This document shows, one piece after another, positions 20,259 through 29,819 of a DNA stretch of 64,000 nucleotides. The notes below the pieces were generated by a model, which made no database searches, was not told where the DNA came from, and saw only the letters and a program-made list of their open reading frames with translations. Within the stretch, counting starts at the first letter, position 1. Every line of letters begins with the position of its first letter. The translations under genes and the position numbers were made by a program. Source of the DNA: a virus; IMG/VR virus record IMGVR_UViG_3300007960_010163, positions 14,533-78,532 of that record; one strand, given 5' to 3'.

Positions 20259-20846
20259 CTATTCTCCAAATTTATAGCCAAAATACTTTATATCTTTTGC
20301 GTATTTTTCCGCAACGATGTGACGAGTCTCATCGTCATAGTATTCGGTATAGTGTTTATGTTTTGTTTTGTTTTTGTGCGGAAGTTTTTGTCGTGGAATT
20401 GCTATTTTGTCGCAAATAGCATCATAATCATTCTGTAGGTTTTCAAATCTACCCACAAAATCTACAATGATATTTTTGGCATTATCGCAAATCCAATCGC
20501 ACTGAGGTTTAAAATGTATCTGATTGAGATAACTTTCATCCCAATTTAAAATTACGTTTCTAAAACTCCCATATTTAGAAAATAAATTATTATAATCTTT
20601 TAGGTCGTTAGGGTTGTTGCCTCCATTTGATAAATATTTATATGATGAAACCAATCGCTCCCAAGGGTTGCGAACGAAAGTAAAAGAAAATTGCGAATTT
20701 TTTCTTAACTCACTGTCTTTATAATATTTGAAATTTTCGTTTCGTAAATTATGTCCAAATCGTGTATAATATTGCGGTCTAACTACAGAACAACCTCCGC
20801 ATTTAGGTATATGTATATATATATATTTATGTTTATGATTGATCAT
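20259..20846 (-). CDS. Sulfotransferase family 2 protein (close paralog of 7837..8421)
   Basis: YIHIPKCGGCS, RNPWERLVSSY and HFKPQ. Start at MINHKH (20846). Confidence 0.9.
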   Translation of the reverse strand: MINHKHKYIYIHIPKCGGCSVVRPQYYTRFGHNLRNENFKYYKDSELRKNSQFSFTFVRNPWERLVSSYKYLSNGGNNPNDLKDYNNLFSKYGSFRNVILNWDESYLNQIHFKPQCDWICDNAKNIIVDFVGRFENLQNDYDAICDKIAIPRQKLPHKNKTKHKHYTEYYDDETRHIVAEKYAKDIKYFGYKFGE

Positions 20847-20847
20847 G

Positions 20848-21735
20848 TCAATAACACTTCTCTTGAAAGTTGATATGAAAATTTGGTATACCTTTGTATA
20901 AGCAAAATTCATTAAAGCGACTGAAGTTCTTAAATAAGAAATTAGTCTCTTGCAATAGATAAAAATCAATCAAAGCTTCTTTGGCAATCTTAGTCCTGCC
21001 ATAATTCTCTTCTTTTTCAATAATATCTGAAGTGGACTTTTCACCTTTTTCGTGACCAGTACCACATCCCGGCGGAGCAAAATACCTATCAGCAACTATA
21101 GATTGAGGATACGCATTTTGGAATAAATCAACAAACTGACGAGAGTCAGAAGCAATGAAAAATTTGTAACCGTCGCAAGCTTTTAAAAATGCACGTGGTG
21201 AATCAAAAAGAACATGATCTATCCTCTCTTTAAAAATGTGGAAAATGGTTTCAATAGGATTTCTTTCTCCTTGAAAACGATTAGAGTTTCCTGTTTTGGG
21301 AGGCAAAACTTCGCCGTTAGAGCAACGGGCATGAACACCAACAATATAATTACCAGAAAAATTAGAATAGGCAAAGGACTCCATTGGTATAGAGACAGAT
21401 TCGCTAGGAATAATCCTTTTAAAACAATTAAAAAATTTCAAAGAATCTTGTTTGTCTTTAAGTGGGTTTTTTATAACCAATTTAGAATCATTATGCATTT
21501 CCGCTTCTTTTTTATTAGCGTCAATTTCATCTTCATTAGTGATTATATTAATATCAGTATCTATTCCTGAAAAATATTCATGGAATAAATTTTTGTCACC
21601 CTTGCTCATCCATGCGCCGCGAAAGTCGATAAGCATATCTTTTTTATTTTCTTCGCAATACAAAAGAGCGTTTGTTAGATGCCAGAGGGTGTCACCCCAT
21701 CCAGTATCACGAGTAAAATAATAATAACTGCTCAC
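20848..21735 (-). CDS. NodZ-like alpha-1,6-fucosyltransferase (GT23)
   Basis: TGWGDTLWHL...IDFRG, VGVHARCSNGE, FIASDS and ALIDFYLL match NodZ motifs. Confidence 0.8.
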   Translation of the reverse strand: MSSYYYFTRDTGWGDTLWHLTNALLYCEENKKDMLIDFRGAWMSKGDKNLFHEYFSGIDTDINIITNEDEIDANKKEAEMHNDSKLVIKNPLKDKQDSLKFFNCFKRIIPSESVSIPMESFAYSNFSGNYIVGVHARCSNGEVLPPKTGNSNRFQGERNPIETIFHIFKERIDHVLFDSPRAFLKACDGYKFFIASDSRQFVDLFQNAYPQSIVADRYFAPPGCGTGHEKGEKSTSDIIEKEENYGRTKIAKEALIDFYLLQETNFLFKNFSRFNEFCLYKGIPNFHINFQEKCY

Positions 21736-22538
21736 AACTCGACTTTCTCTTCTCCATATTTATCAAACATTTCTTGATAGTTTGATATTTTGTCATAAGC
21801 TTTTTTGCCAAAGACTCTTCTGTCTGTGCCTAAAAAATTAGATACATTGTTTTCGTCGATTTCAACACCTAAATATTCTATGATTTTATTGAATTGCTTC
21901 ACTCGCTCTTCGTAGGTTTCTAAGCTATATAAATCTTCGTACTTAGAAACAAAACTATTCTTGGGTAGAAGATTATGGTAGTAAGGTAGGTATTTTTTGT
22001 ACCATCGCACCCGGCGTTGAATCGGGGGCTCTTCAAGATCTTGATATTCAAAAGAATCAACTTTTGATTTATGCTCCTTATTCTCTCCTAGCTGCCAAAC
22101 TTGAACTTGGTTTGCGAGCTGCCAAGAGATAGCAGGGTAAAAAGCGCTTTCTCTATATTGGAATATGATTTTTATACTATGCTCCCCGCAATAATCCAAA
22201 AAATTTTCATTCCCTATTTCAGAAACTGTACACCATACATGTTTAACGCCATCAAACGTTTCAAAAAGAGAATCTAAAAAAGGAAAAAGCTTATCTTTAT
22301 CTTCTGATATATTGTTAAATCTATTAAAGTATGGAATGTTTTTTGATTTAGGAAGAAGAGATGGATCCATATTATGCTTTGCAATTATATCTGCATAGCG
22401 AGGGTTGTGTTCTAGGTCTCCAGTAAGGCTCGACAGAGGCTCGTGAACGATTCTGTCGTTCTTGTTTAAGGCAGAGATAAGACTAGTGGTGCCAGCTCTT
22501 TCTTGGCCGAATATTACAAACTTAGAATCCATAACCAA
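21732..22538 (-). CDS. Stf0/NodH-type sulfotransferase
   Basis: FVIFGQERAGTTSL, HEP, IIFQYRES...AISWQLA and KYEDL. Confidence 0.78.
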   Translation of the reverse strand: MVMDSKFVIFGQERAGTTSLISALNKNDRIVHEPLSSLTGDLEHNPRYADIIAKHNMDPSLLPKSKNIPYFNRFNNISEDKDKLFPFLDSLFETFDGVKHVWCTVSEIGNENFLDYCGEHSIKIIFQYRESAFYPAISWQLANQVQVWQLGENKEHKSKVDSFEYQDLEEPPIQRRVRWYKKYLPYYHNLLPKNSFVSKYEDLYSLETYEERVKQFNKIIEYLGVEIDENNVSNFLGTDRRVFGKKAYDKISNYQEMFDKYGEEKVEL

Positions 22539-23208
22539 AATAATTAAGATCAGCAGAAAAATGATTCTCTATAAAATCTTTAGAATATTCTGAATAATAA
22601 TCTTTATAACTTTTTTTCTTCTTATATTCAGAGCTGCTATTTTGTCGCCAATCATTAAATCCTGATTTATTTTCAAAGTTAAATCTTTCAGAAAGATCTG
22701 ATGTGCAAGATTTGATATCTTCCATTTTGTAAAACTTATCTATCGCTACTTTGCCATAAAGCGATACTCGGTCAAGATTGTTTTCATAATACCCAGTATG
22801 AAACTTTTTGATATTACCTTCTTTATAGGCATAATCAATAAAGCCGTCAAAATCATTTGCGAGATAGTATTTCCTAAACTCTTGAACATATGGCATCATT
22901 GGAGAATCGATATTATTCTCAACAAAATAATCAAACTTCCAACCACCCAAATAAGAGAACATGGAAACAACCCTATCAAAAGGATTGCGAACTATCGTAA
23001 ACTTAAAATAATCTTTATAATCAGGAACTTCTGGTACGACAGCGCTTAAAGCTCGTTCGCAAGTAGTCTTGTATTTATCGTCGTAATCTTGTTGGTTTTG
23101 GTTTTCTTCGTAACCTTCTTCTATGTTTGACAATAGAAAATGCTTTATGAATGTTCCTGCAGATTTAGGGATATGGACATATATGAACTTATGATCGCGA
23201 CTATACAT
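22522..23208 (-). CDS. Sulfotransferase family 2 protein
   Basis: YVHIPKSAGT and RNPFDRVVSMF. Confidence 0.9.
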   Translation of the reverse strand: MYSRDHKFIYVHIPKSAGTFIKHFLLSNIEEGYEENQNQQDYDDKYKTTCERALSAVVPEVPDYKDYFKFTIVRNPFDRVVSMFSYLGGWKFDYFVENNIDSPMMPYVQEFRKYYLANDFDGFIDYAYKEGNIKKFHTGYYENNLDRVSLYGKVAIDKFYKMEDIKSCTSDLSERFNFENKSGFNDWRQNSSSEYKKKKSYKDYYSEYSKDFIENHFSADLNYFGYGF

Positions 23209-24052
23209 CTATCTTCTCCATTACTTCAGGGTTGTCAAGATTATCTAGAAGGAATTGTTTTCCATCTTCTCCACATAAATGACACAAGTAAAACTCTTTG
23301 TTTTGATCGCCTTTTTGAAAGCAAGCTTGATAGTTTGCATTCCATACCCATTGAAGGGGTTTATGGTAATCGGTCACATTAGTTTTTGCATATGCATATC
23401 CATACATGTCTTGATCAATAAAATCTTTGCGCTCACCAAGGATTTCAAGAACTGGATTGTCGATCAATCCGTGCTCTTTTAAGAAATCTACTATCGTATG
23501 TTGATCAGGTAAAACTTTTACCATTTCAGAGACGATCTTCCTGCTCATGATATAACAACCCAAATTAAGGTTGTATTTAGGAATGTTTCTCTGAGTCTTT
23601 TCATTAAACCAATATACGTCCTCATCCTGAGGAATTGCTTTCAAGTAATCTTTTAAAAAAATTTCGTTTTTCTTTACGACAGCTTCGTTGAAGCCGTACT
23701 GCATCATGAAATCTTCGTCTTTGTGAGCTTCAAAAATATCAGGAGCAGTTTTGCTTACAACCATATCAAGATCAAGCAGTGCAAACTTATCATAATCAGA
23801 CTTCATGAATTCATGAAGAAACAAGATTTTTACGAATGTACTTTTTTGATAATGAGAAAAACCATACTTATGTATTTCCTGATAAGCAGGAAAATCATTC
23901 ATTGATATAATTTTAAGATCTACGCCGATTTTATCAGCATACTTTTCTAAGGAGCCAAGGCAATGCGGAACCCACGCAACATCTTTATACCCCGGATTTG
24001 CAAAATTAGTGTCCTTAGGCAAATCGTTAATTACATATATAACATTACTCAT
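23201..24052 (-). CDS. GT8/GT34-like glycosyltransferase
   Basis: KYADKIG, ALLDLDMVV (DxD), NLGCY, DQD, WN and CHLCG. Confidence 0.7.
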   Translation of the reverse strand: MSNVIYVINDLPKDTNFANPGYKDVAWVPHCLGSLEKYADKIGVDLKIISMNDFPAYQEIHKYGFSHYQKSTFVKILFLHEFMKSDYDKFALLDLDMVVSKTAPDIFEAHKDEDFMMQYGFNEAVVKKNEIFLKDYLKAIPQDEDVYWFNEKTQRNIPKYNLNLGCYIMSRKIVSEMVKVLPDQHTIVDFLKEHGLIDNPVLEILGERKDFIDQDMYGYAYAKTNVTDYHKPLQWVWNANYQACFQKGDQNKEFYLCHLCGEDGKQFLLDNLDNPEVMEKIDV

Positions 24053-24978
24053 AATTCAGTTACCTCCAGATCTTCGTCAAGTAAGCCCCAATTATCTGGA
24101 TTTGGATTATCCATAAGTTTGTTTCTAACATCAAGGGAATTAGTTTTTCTTTCTCCTTCTTGTTGAGCGTGTGGCTGAGTCGTATCATTTGCTGCTCCGT
24201 CATCTCTACCATGAAACTGATGGTAGAAATCAGCGTCAATAGCCAAGCACAAATTATAAATCTCTTCTTTAGCGGCGATCCTATTAAGAAATTCAGTATC
24301 CATACTATTCATGTAAACAAGATCCTCGTTGAATCCTTTGTGCTCAAGATAGCATTCTCTTTCAACCATCATTACCCCAACAGCGCCACCATAAAAAGAA
24401 AAGATCTGCTTGTTCGGCATTAATCTACTATAATGATTATGCTCATGGCAAATCTCAACTTTTTTAGAAAGCTCTTGATCATATACGAAATCACGAAAAA
24501 CGGAATGATGAGACTGGGATTCGTCTAGATTTCTACGACTGCAAAAAGCTGCACGAGGCCAAGGCCATCCGTAATCTTTAACTTCAAACTCATGGTAGAA
24601 CCAGTCCATAAATCTTTGACCTACGAGAGTGTCTTGATCAATTCTGGCAAAATGTTTTCCGCTCATTTTCCTAAAGCCGACATTCATAGCATGAACCTCA
24701 GAAAAAGGAGAATCGCCTTGATGCTTATTGGCTATATCGGGTGGTACGGTAACAATCTTTAAGACGCCTTTCGTTTGTGGAACAAGACGGTTTTTAATGG
24801 CGTCTTTAAGCGGTTCTTTTTTTGAACACCAGTCAACTAGAACAACCTCAGATTGATCTTCAACATTGTTTTTGGCGATGATTTCACAAGCGTGATTAAC
24901 AGTATTTACGCAACGCCCAACAGAATCTCCATTGTAATTGTCGTTACGAGAAACGCATATATAAGATATTCTTTTCAT
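24049..24978 (-). CDS. GT2/GT7-like glycosyltransferase
   Basis: SRNDNYNG, VVLVDW, AMNVGFR, RIDQD, GFNEDL and YHQFH. Confidence 0.7.
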   Translation of the reverse strand: MKRISYICVSRNDNYNGDSVGRCVNTVNHACEIIAKNNVEDQSEVVLVDWCSKKEPLKDAIKNRLVPQTKGVLKIVTVPPDIANKHQGDSPFSEVHAMNVGFRKMSGKHFARIDQDTLVGQRFMDWFYHEFEVKDYGWPWPRAAFCSRRNLDESQSHHSVFRDFVYDQELSKKVEICHEHNHYSRLMPNKQIFSFYGGAVGVMMVERECYLEHKGFNEDLVYMNSMDTEFLNRIAAKEEIYNLCLAIDADFYHQFHGRDDGAANDTTQPHAQQEGERKTNSLDVRNKLMDNPNPDNWGLLDEDLEVTEL

Positions 24979-25625
24979 CCTTCTGGCACTAATCTTTTAC
25001 AGTTAAAACAAAAAACTCTACTTGGATTAGGGACGGTAACCTGCTTTCCTCCTATAGATTTTAACATATTCATATATATAGAACCCGGAGTAGATACATG
25101 TTTATCTAAATGCTTTAAACAATGAAAATTAATTGTTGACCTATATTTTTCATCGATATTTGCGTTAAATGTATTGGGACAAATATAATGAATTTTATTC
25201 ATCCAGTTAAAAGTATTATGTAATTTCAATAATATTTCTTCAGAATCAGTAACTACAAAAAAATTGGCTTGTCTAGCATTAATTTGTACTTTATTCATTT
25301 GTGCAATATATATATTAATATCTTGTACTTTTTCTGACTCCAATATTACTCCCCAAGTATGATCGGTAATACCTTTGCTGATTCTTATGATTTCCTCTAT
25401 AGCTTGCTCCGGAAGGGAGCTTAAGCTATGAATTTCGCTATCGAATTTATAAGCAGAATACTCCATTGTTAATTTGTTTATAGTTTTTTGTTCGGTATAA
25501 TATAATTGTGAATCTAGATAGTCAAGTTCTTTATCTAGAGCTTTATGTAGGCGATCAATTTTGTTTTGATAACCTTGTTTTATATTACACAAAAACTTTT
25601 TACTATTTTCGAGTAAAGTAATCAC
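24975..25625 (-). CDS. Hypothetical protein
   Basis: 216-aa ORF with a GTG start; the FFVVTDS segment is weakly fucosyltransferase-like. Confidence 0.55.
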   Translation of the reverse strand: MITLLENSKKFLCNIKQGYQNKIDRLHKALDKELDYLDSQLYYTEQKTINKLTMEYSAYKFDSEIHSLSSLPEQAIEEIIRISKGITDHTWGVILESEKVQDINIYIAQMNKVQINARQANFFVVTDSEEILLKLHNTFNWMNKIHYICPNTFNANIDEKYRSTINFHCLKHLDKHVSTPGSIYMNMLKSIGGKQVTVPNPSRVFCFNCKRLVPEG

Positions 25626-25711
25626 GTTGGGGGAGCGGGAGCCCTTTTGTGTATAAGCAAAGCCAACTTCTTAACCAATAATTTAGCACCTTTTTTGATT
25701 AGAAGAGACAT
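25622..25711 (-). CDS. Small cationic amphipathic peptide (29 aa; not in ORF track)
   Basis: MSLLIKKGAKLLVKKLALLIHKRAPAPPT*; its stop overlaps the GTG start of the next gene (GTGA). Confidence 0.5.
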   Translation of the reverse strand: MSLLIKKGAKLLVKKLALLIHKRAPAPPT

Positions 25712-25760
25712 GGCTTATGATTATCATGGTCTATAACACTCATTACAATAAGCGTCAGGC

Positions 25761-26252
25761 CTATCCGCTGCTAATCATTAATGCGCCATTATTAATCCAA
25801 ACGCGACCCCTTGTATTAGGATTTGACTTAGGAAGACTATCGTAATTTAGTATTACATGGGCTCCGCTCAAGCAAGAGGAACCATTAACGTGAAATGTAT
25901 AAAGAGGGTCAGTGATATTTACTCCAACTTTGCCACTATCAGTAACAACAAAAGTTGTTAAATCGCCGGTTCCAATAGTAGCTTCATTTTCAAGAAAACC
26001 ACTATGCCCAGTCATAGTTAAATAGATTCCGCTTTCGCCACTAAATCTAGAATGTCCGATTTTTCCAATTGGCATCCAGTCAGTAGCATTATCTTCTCCC
26101 GTTTTTTCATATAATTGATTATCATTAGAGTCTCTATAAGTTGAACCTATGATACCAGCAGCTTTTGAACTCCCACTAGGATGACCAGCATCAGTAATCA
26201 TTGGGCGACGAATGCCCAAGTTTGCATTTACATAATCTTCAAAAGCACCCAT
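25761..26252 (-). CDS. Putative virion fibre/decoration protein
   Basis: Fibre-like motifs GKVGVNITDPLYTFHVNGS and LPKSNPNTRGRVWINNGALMIS. Confidence 0.6.
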   Translation of the reverse strand: MGAFEDYVNANLGIRRPMITDAGHPSGSSKAAGIIGSTYRDSNDNQLYEKTGEDNATDWMPIGKIGHSRFSGESGIYLTMTGHSGFLENEATIGTGDLTTFVVTDSGKVGVNITDPLYTFHVNGSSCLSGAHVILNYDSLPKSNPNTRGRVWINNGALMISSG

Positions 26253-26253
26253 T

Positions 26254-28896
26254 TTAATCCTCCTTTATATTCGCTGTAGCTGGAACTAGAGTTGATGTAT
26301 TTGCATCTCTAATAATTTTATCTAAATTGTAACAATAATCTCCAGTAGTAGAAACAATGCCAGCAGAATCACAAACTGCAAATTCATTATTAAAATCCAT
26401 CGTATCTACTAACTGAGTACCGTTAGCAAAAAATTTATAACTATAAATAGTTCCACCATTTGGTCCAGAACCTCCTTCTGCAATATTTTCAAAAGTAACA
26501 TCGTTAGGATCTGATATAGTAGTACCCACAGGAAAAAGACCTCTTCCTAGCGCTGTAGATGGATTGGACGCTACGGTCCTTGCAGAAAAACCTGCTAAAA
26601 CATAATTTGGATTAACTGAAACATTAGTAGTATCTATACCAGCTAAATTTTGACCACTAACAACCCAAGCAAAGGTTCCTTTTGTATCTCCATCGTCAAC
26701 CGTAATTCTATAATTGTTGGAACTAGTATTAGTACCTGATGCTGTAGCAACTAAATCAGAAGGCACTGTTTGAGATGGATTAGTTTCTAAAGATGGAATT
26801 TCTAACATCTGTTGAGAAGAAACCAAATTAAAATTATCACTAACCCCAGCAGGAGAACTAGATAATGTAGAAGCTAAATTACTAACGGAAAAAGTTAATG
26901 GGTCATGAGCGATTTTTACTACTGTGCTAGCGGATCTAACCATACCGTTTGAGTTTTTTGTCGCTGTAACGGTAAAGTTATCAGTGCTAATATTGTAAGA
27001 ACCAGCTAGCCTATCACAATTTTTCGAAGCTTCAAAAGTAGATGGATTTGCTATAGTGAGCTGACTATTTGGGCTACTATACTCTATAGAATCATAATTT
27101 AACGCAGAATTTGAAACAGTTGCAGTTTCAGTATTTTTCAAGGCTCCTTGGCCGGCAGGATAAGAAACAGAAGAGATACTCAAAACTGGGAAGACACTGT
27201 TATTAACTGGAGAACTCGTCGTAGATACAACAGAATCGCTTTCAGTAAGAAAATTATTTCGGGCAGTGACCGTAATAGTATTTTCACCATCCCTAGCCGT
27301 AGAACTTGTTACATTAACGATAACTTCGTATTGATATTTTCCAACATATGGGCCAGCAGACATAACTTGATTAACGCTATAATATGTAAAAGCAGTTTGA
27401 CTTCCATCTGATATCCCATTATCGGCAACAGATAATTCAATTTGATTTAAGTTAACTCCATTTCCATCAACATAAACATAGCATTTAATGGTGTCTCCGC
27501 CTTTTATTTCAGTAAGACCAAGAACATTTGGAGCTACCGTGGAGGTAGCCGTACTATTCATTAAAGCAGCTTCGATAATGGGCCCATTGGCAATTTTAAC
27601 CGCAACATTTTCATTATCAGTAGCGCCGTTACTAAAACGACTTGCAGAGATCGTAATATTATCTGAGTTACTAAAAATTCCATCGTTATAACTGACTGTT
27701 TTGGGGTTTTGAAAAACTCCACTATCAGAAATAAGTATATCACTGTTTAAACCAGAATATAATACTGTATCACCAGCACCAGCAGACCAATTAGAAATAG
27801 AATTAACAAAAGTAGTTGACTCGCCTTCTCTTAAGCCGTCAGACCTTCCACTATAAGAAGCGGGGTCAGATGCAGAAATAGAAGGATAAGTTTGATCTAA
27901 AGTTACGCTATTAGAGGAAACAGTATCATTCCCAGCGGTCCCAAAATTATTATTAGCTACGATAGTTACAGCTTGAGAACCAACCCTTACTGAATCAATA
28001 GAAACAGGAATTGTGGCGGTATAATTACCATCTCCAGTATCAGTTAATGCATAAGATGTATAACCAATCCCATCTGAAATCCCAGAATCATAAACTTTTA
28101 TACCGGTAACGTCAGAAGTATCAAAAGTAGCAAAAATATTAATTGTATCATCTCCTTTTAATGCCGAATTACCAAGGTTTTCTCCCGGTTTTGGAGTAGC
28201 ATTTGAAATATCATCAATAGTTACATACAAAGGAGTTGGGCCAGCACCGGCTTCAGATAAAGATATTGTACCAGTAAATCCATTGGCAACACCAGTGATT
28301 TCAGTTTTTCCAACCAAATTTAGGCCAGAAATATAACCTTCAAACCTTCTGGTATAGCTTCCTAATTCAACGATATTTCCAGTATCAATTTGCTGTCCGT
28401 CAATAAATCCAGACCCCATATAAGAATCATTAGGGCCATCCCATCTTAAATACAAAGTAATATCATTTGCGGAATCAACATCTATTCCAGATAAATATGT
28501 ATCGGAAGTAGGGGTACTATAATAAGTTTTTTCAATTATGCCTTGATTATTCAGGGCATTTGAGAAAAACGCAAACTGAGCAGATGGAGAAGCTGCGCCG
28601 CCTCCAGAGGCATTAATAGTAATAGTTTCAAGACCAGAAACTATACTAACATTTTCACCAGCTTGAATTGTCTTAACTTTTATATCGCTACCAACAACCC
28701 CACTAACCAGATCGACTCCGCTTCCAATATTAGTAGCAGTAGTATCATCCCCACTAACACCAGAAAGAAAATCTCTAGCTGAAATCTTAACTACTTTTCT
28801 AGATAATGCAGAATCAGGATTAATTTCTGCGATAAGAATATCATCATTATTTAAAGAGGATACTCCTGATAATTGATCTGGTCGTAAATTTGCCAT
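26254..28896 (-). CDS. Large Ser/Thr/Gly-rich beta-sandwich repeat virion protein (fibre/adhesin-like)
   Basis: 880 aa; fibre-type N-terminus (KTIQAGENVSI); internal duplication LKGDDTI/IKGGDTI and DSGISDG/DNGISDG. Confidence 0.65.
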   Translation of the reverse strand: MANLRPDQLSGVSSLNNDDILIAEINPDSALSRKVVKISARDFLSGVSGDDTTATNIGSGVDLVSGVVGSDIKVKTIQAGENVSIVSGLETITINASGGGAASPSAQFAFFSNALNNQGIIEKTYYSTPTSDTYLSGIDVDSANDITLYLRWDGPNDSYMGSGFIDGQQIDTGNIVELGSYTRRFEGYISGLNLVGKTEITGVANGFTGTISLSEAGAGPTPLYVTIDDISNATPKPGENLGNSALKGDDTINIFATFDTSDVTGIKVYDSGISDGIGYTSYALTDTGDGNYTATIPVSIDSVRVGSQAVTIVANNNFGTAGNDTVSSNSVTLDQTYPSISASDPASYSGRSDGLREGESTTFVNSISNWSAGAGDTVLYSGLNSDILISDSGVFQNPKTVSYNDGIFSNSDNITISASRFSNGATDNENVAVKIANGPIIEAALMNSTATSTVAPNVLGLTEIKGGDTIKCYVYVDGNGVNLNQIELSVADNGISDGSQTAFTYYSVNQVMSAGPYVGKYQYEVIVNVTSSTARDGENTITVTARNNFLTESDSVVSTTSSPVNNSVFPVLSISSVSYPAGQGALKNTETATVSNSALNYDSIEYSSPNSQLTIANPSTFEASKNCDRLAGSYNISTDNFTVTATKNSNGMVRSASTVVKIAHDPLTFSVSNLASTLSSSPAGVSDNFNLVSSQQMLEIPSLETNPSQTVPSDLVATASGTNTSSNNYRITVDDGDTKGTFAWVVSGQNLAGIDTTNVSVNPNYVLAGFSARTVASNPSTALGRGLFPVGTTISDPNDVTFENIAEGGSGPNGGTIYSYKFFANGTQLVDTMDFNNEFAVCDSAGIVSTTGDYCYNLDKIIRDANTSTLVPATANIKED

Positions 28897-28897
28897 T

Positions 28898-29155
28898 TTA
28901 TCTTATATTATCTTTATCAGTAATTTCAGAATCTCCCAAAACAGTACTTCTGCCATCGAAATCTAAAATGAATTTATCACTAGCTTCTGTAATAATGAAA
29001 TTATTGTTTTCTTCGATTAAAAAACTTGAATTACGATAGTAAAAGCCAGCTTTAGTAATATCAACTTCAGGATTTGATAATACACGTTGAGAAGCGGAAG
29101 AACCTCCAATAGAAGAAGAGGAGATCGAACTAGTACTTTGGTTTAAATTGGCCAT
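28898..29155 (-). CDS. Small virion-associated protein
   Basis: FLIEENNNFIITEASDKFIL pattern typical of phage structural adaptors; coupled in the operon. Confidence 0.5.
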   Translation of the reverse strand: MANLNQSTSSISSSSIGGSSASQRVLSNPEVDITKAGFYYRNSSFLIEENNNFIITEASDKFILDFDGRSTVLGDSEITDKDNIR

Positions 29156-29547
29156 TAAGTTGGATCTCCAGTAATTCTAATTCCAATGTCTAAATTGACT
29201 ATAAATCTACCTTCAAGTAATGTATAAACCAAGGCATCATCAGATCGATTTACGGCATTAACGCCATAGTAATGACTGCCTTCAAGAAGATTTTTGGTAT
29301 CATTATGCAATAATACTATCCTTGCTTTTCCAGCGCTGGCATTAACAACCGTGATCCCTCCTGAATATGCAGTTGGCGGATTATCACTATTTTTTCTAGC
29401 GACAGCTTTTTCGTCAGGGTCAGTTTTTTTCTGCTTGATCGTAAAAAAAACTAAATAATCATCTAAATCAATAGGGGCATTATCTAGCTCTAAAGTTACA
29501 TCAAATGAGACTGCATCTCCACGATATATTGTTAGATTATTAGACAT
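29155..29547 (-). CDS. BppU-like baseplate/fibre adaptor protein
   Basis: LTIYRGD, PIDL, FTIK, GKARIVL...DT and TLLEGRFIV pattern. Confidence 0.7.
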   Translation of the reverse strand: MSNNLTIYRGDAVSFDVTLELDNAPIDLDDYLVFFTIKQKKTDPDEKAVARKNSDNPPTAYSGGITVVNASAGKARIVLLHNDTKNLLEGSHYYGVNAVNRSDDALVYTLLEGRFIVNLDIGIRITGDPT

Positions 29548-29740
29548 CTTTATCCTTTCTAAAGGGAACTTGAGGCTTATTACTAGGCAAAAAGTCAGGC
29601 ATAAGGTCTTTGATTATATACTCAACGCCACGACGCATAAGCTCGGAAACACTGTAACCAGTTTCGTCAGAAATAACTTTTAACGCTTTTTTCTGATTTT
29701 CGTGCAACCAAAATTCAATTTTCTCTTTATTACCTTTCAT
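29540..29740 (-). CDS. Ribbon-helix-helix (CopG/MetJ-like) transcription regulator
   Basis: KIEFWL strand followed by helices KKALKVISDETG and SVSELMRRGVEYII. Confidence 0.8.
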   Translation of the reverse strand: MKGNKEKIEFWLHENQKKALKVISDETGYSVSELMRRGVEYIIKDLMPDFLPSNKPQVPFRKDKDV

Positions 29741-29753
29741 GCAAAAGACTCCA

Positions 29754-29780
29754 TTATATACATGTTATATACATGTATAT
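29754..29780. promoter_or_regulatory. Tandem/palindromic putative RHH operator
   Basis: TTATATACATG x2 (29754-29775) overlapping the perfect palindrome ATATACATGTATAT (29767-29780), just upstream of the RHH ATG. Confidence 0.6.
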
Positions 29781-29819
29781 TATATGGAAAGAGAACTATT
29801 TTTTATTTTTTATTAAAAA

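Noticed and set aside
7837-20846. Diversity-generating retroelement behind the similar sulfotransferase 3' ends
   Set aside because: There is no reverse transcriptase, the differences are not adenine-specific, and all copies are coding.
20848-22538. True Nod-factor biosynthesis
   Set aside because: No nodA, nodB or nodC homologs are in the window.
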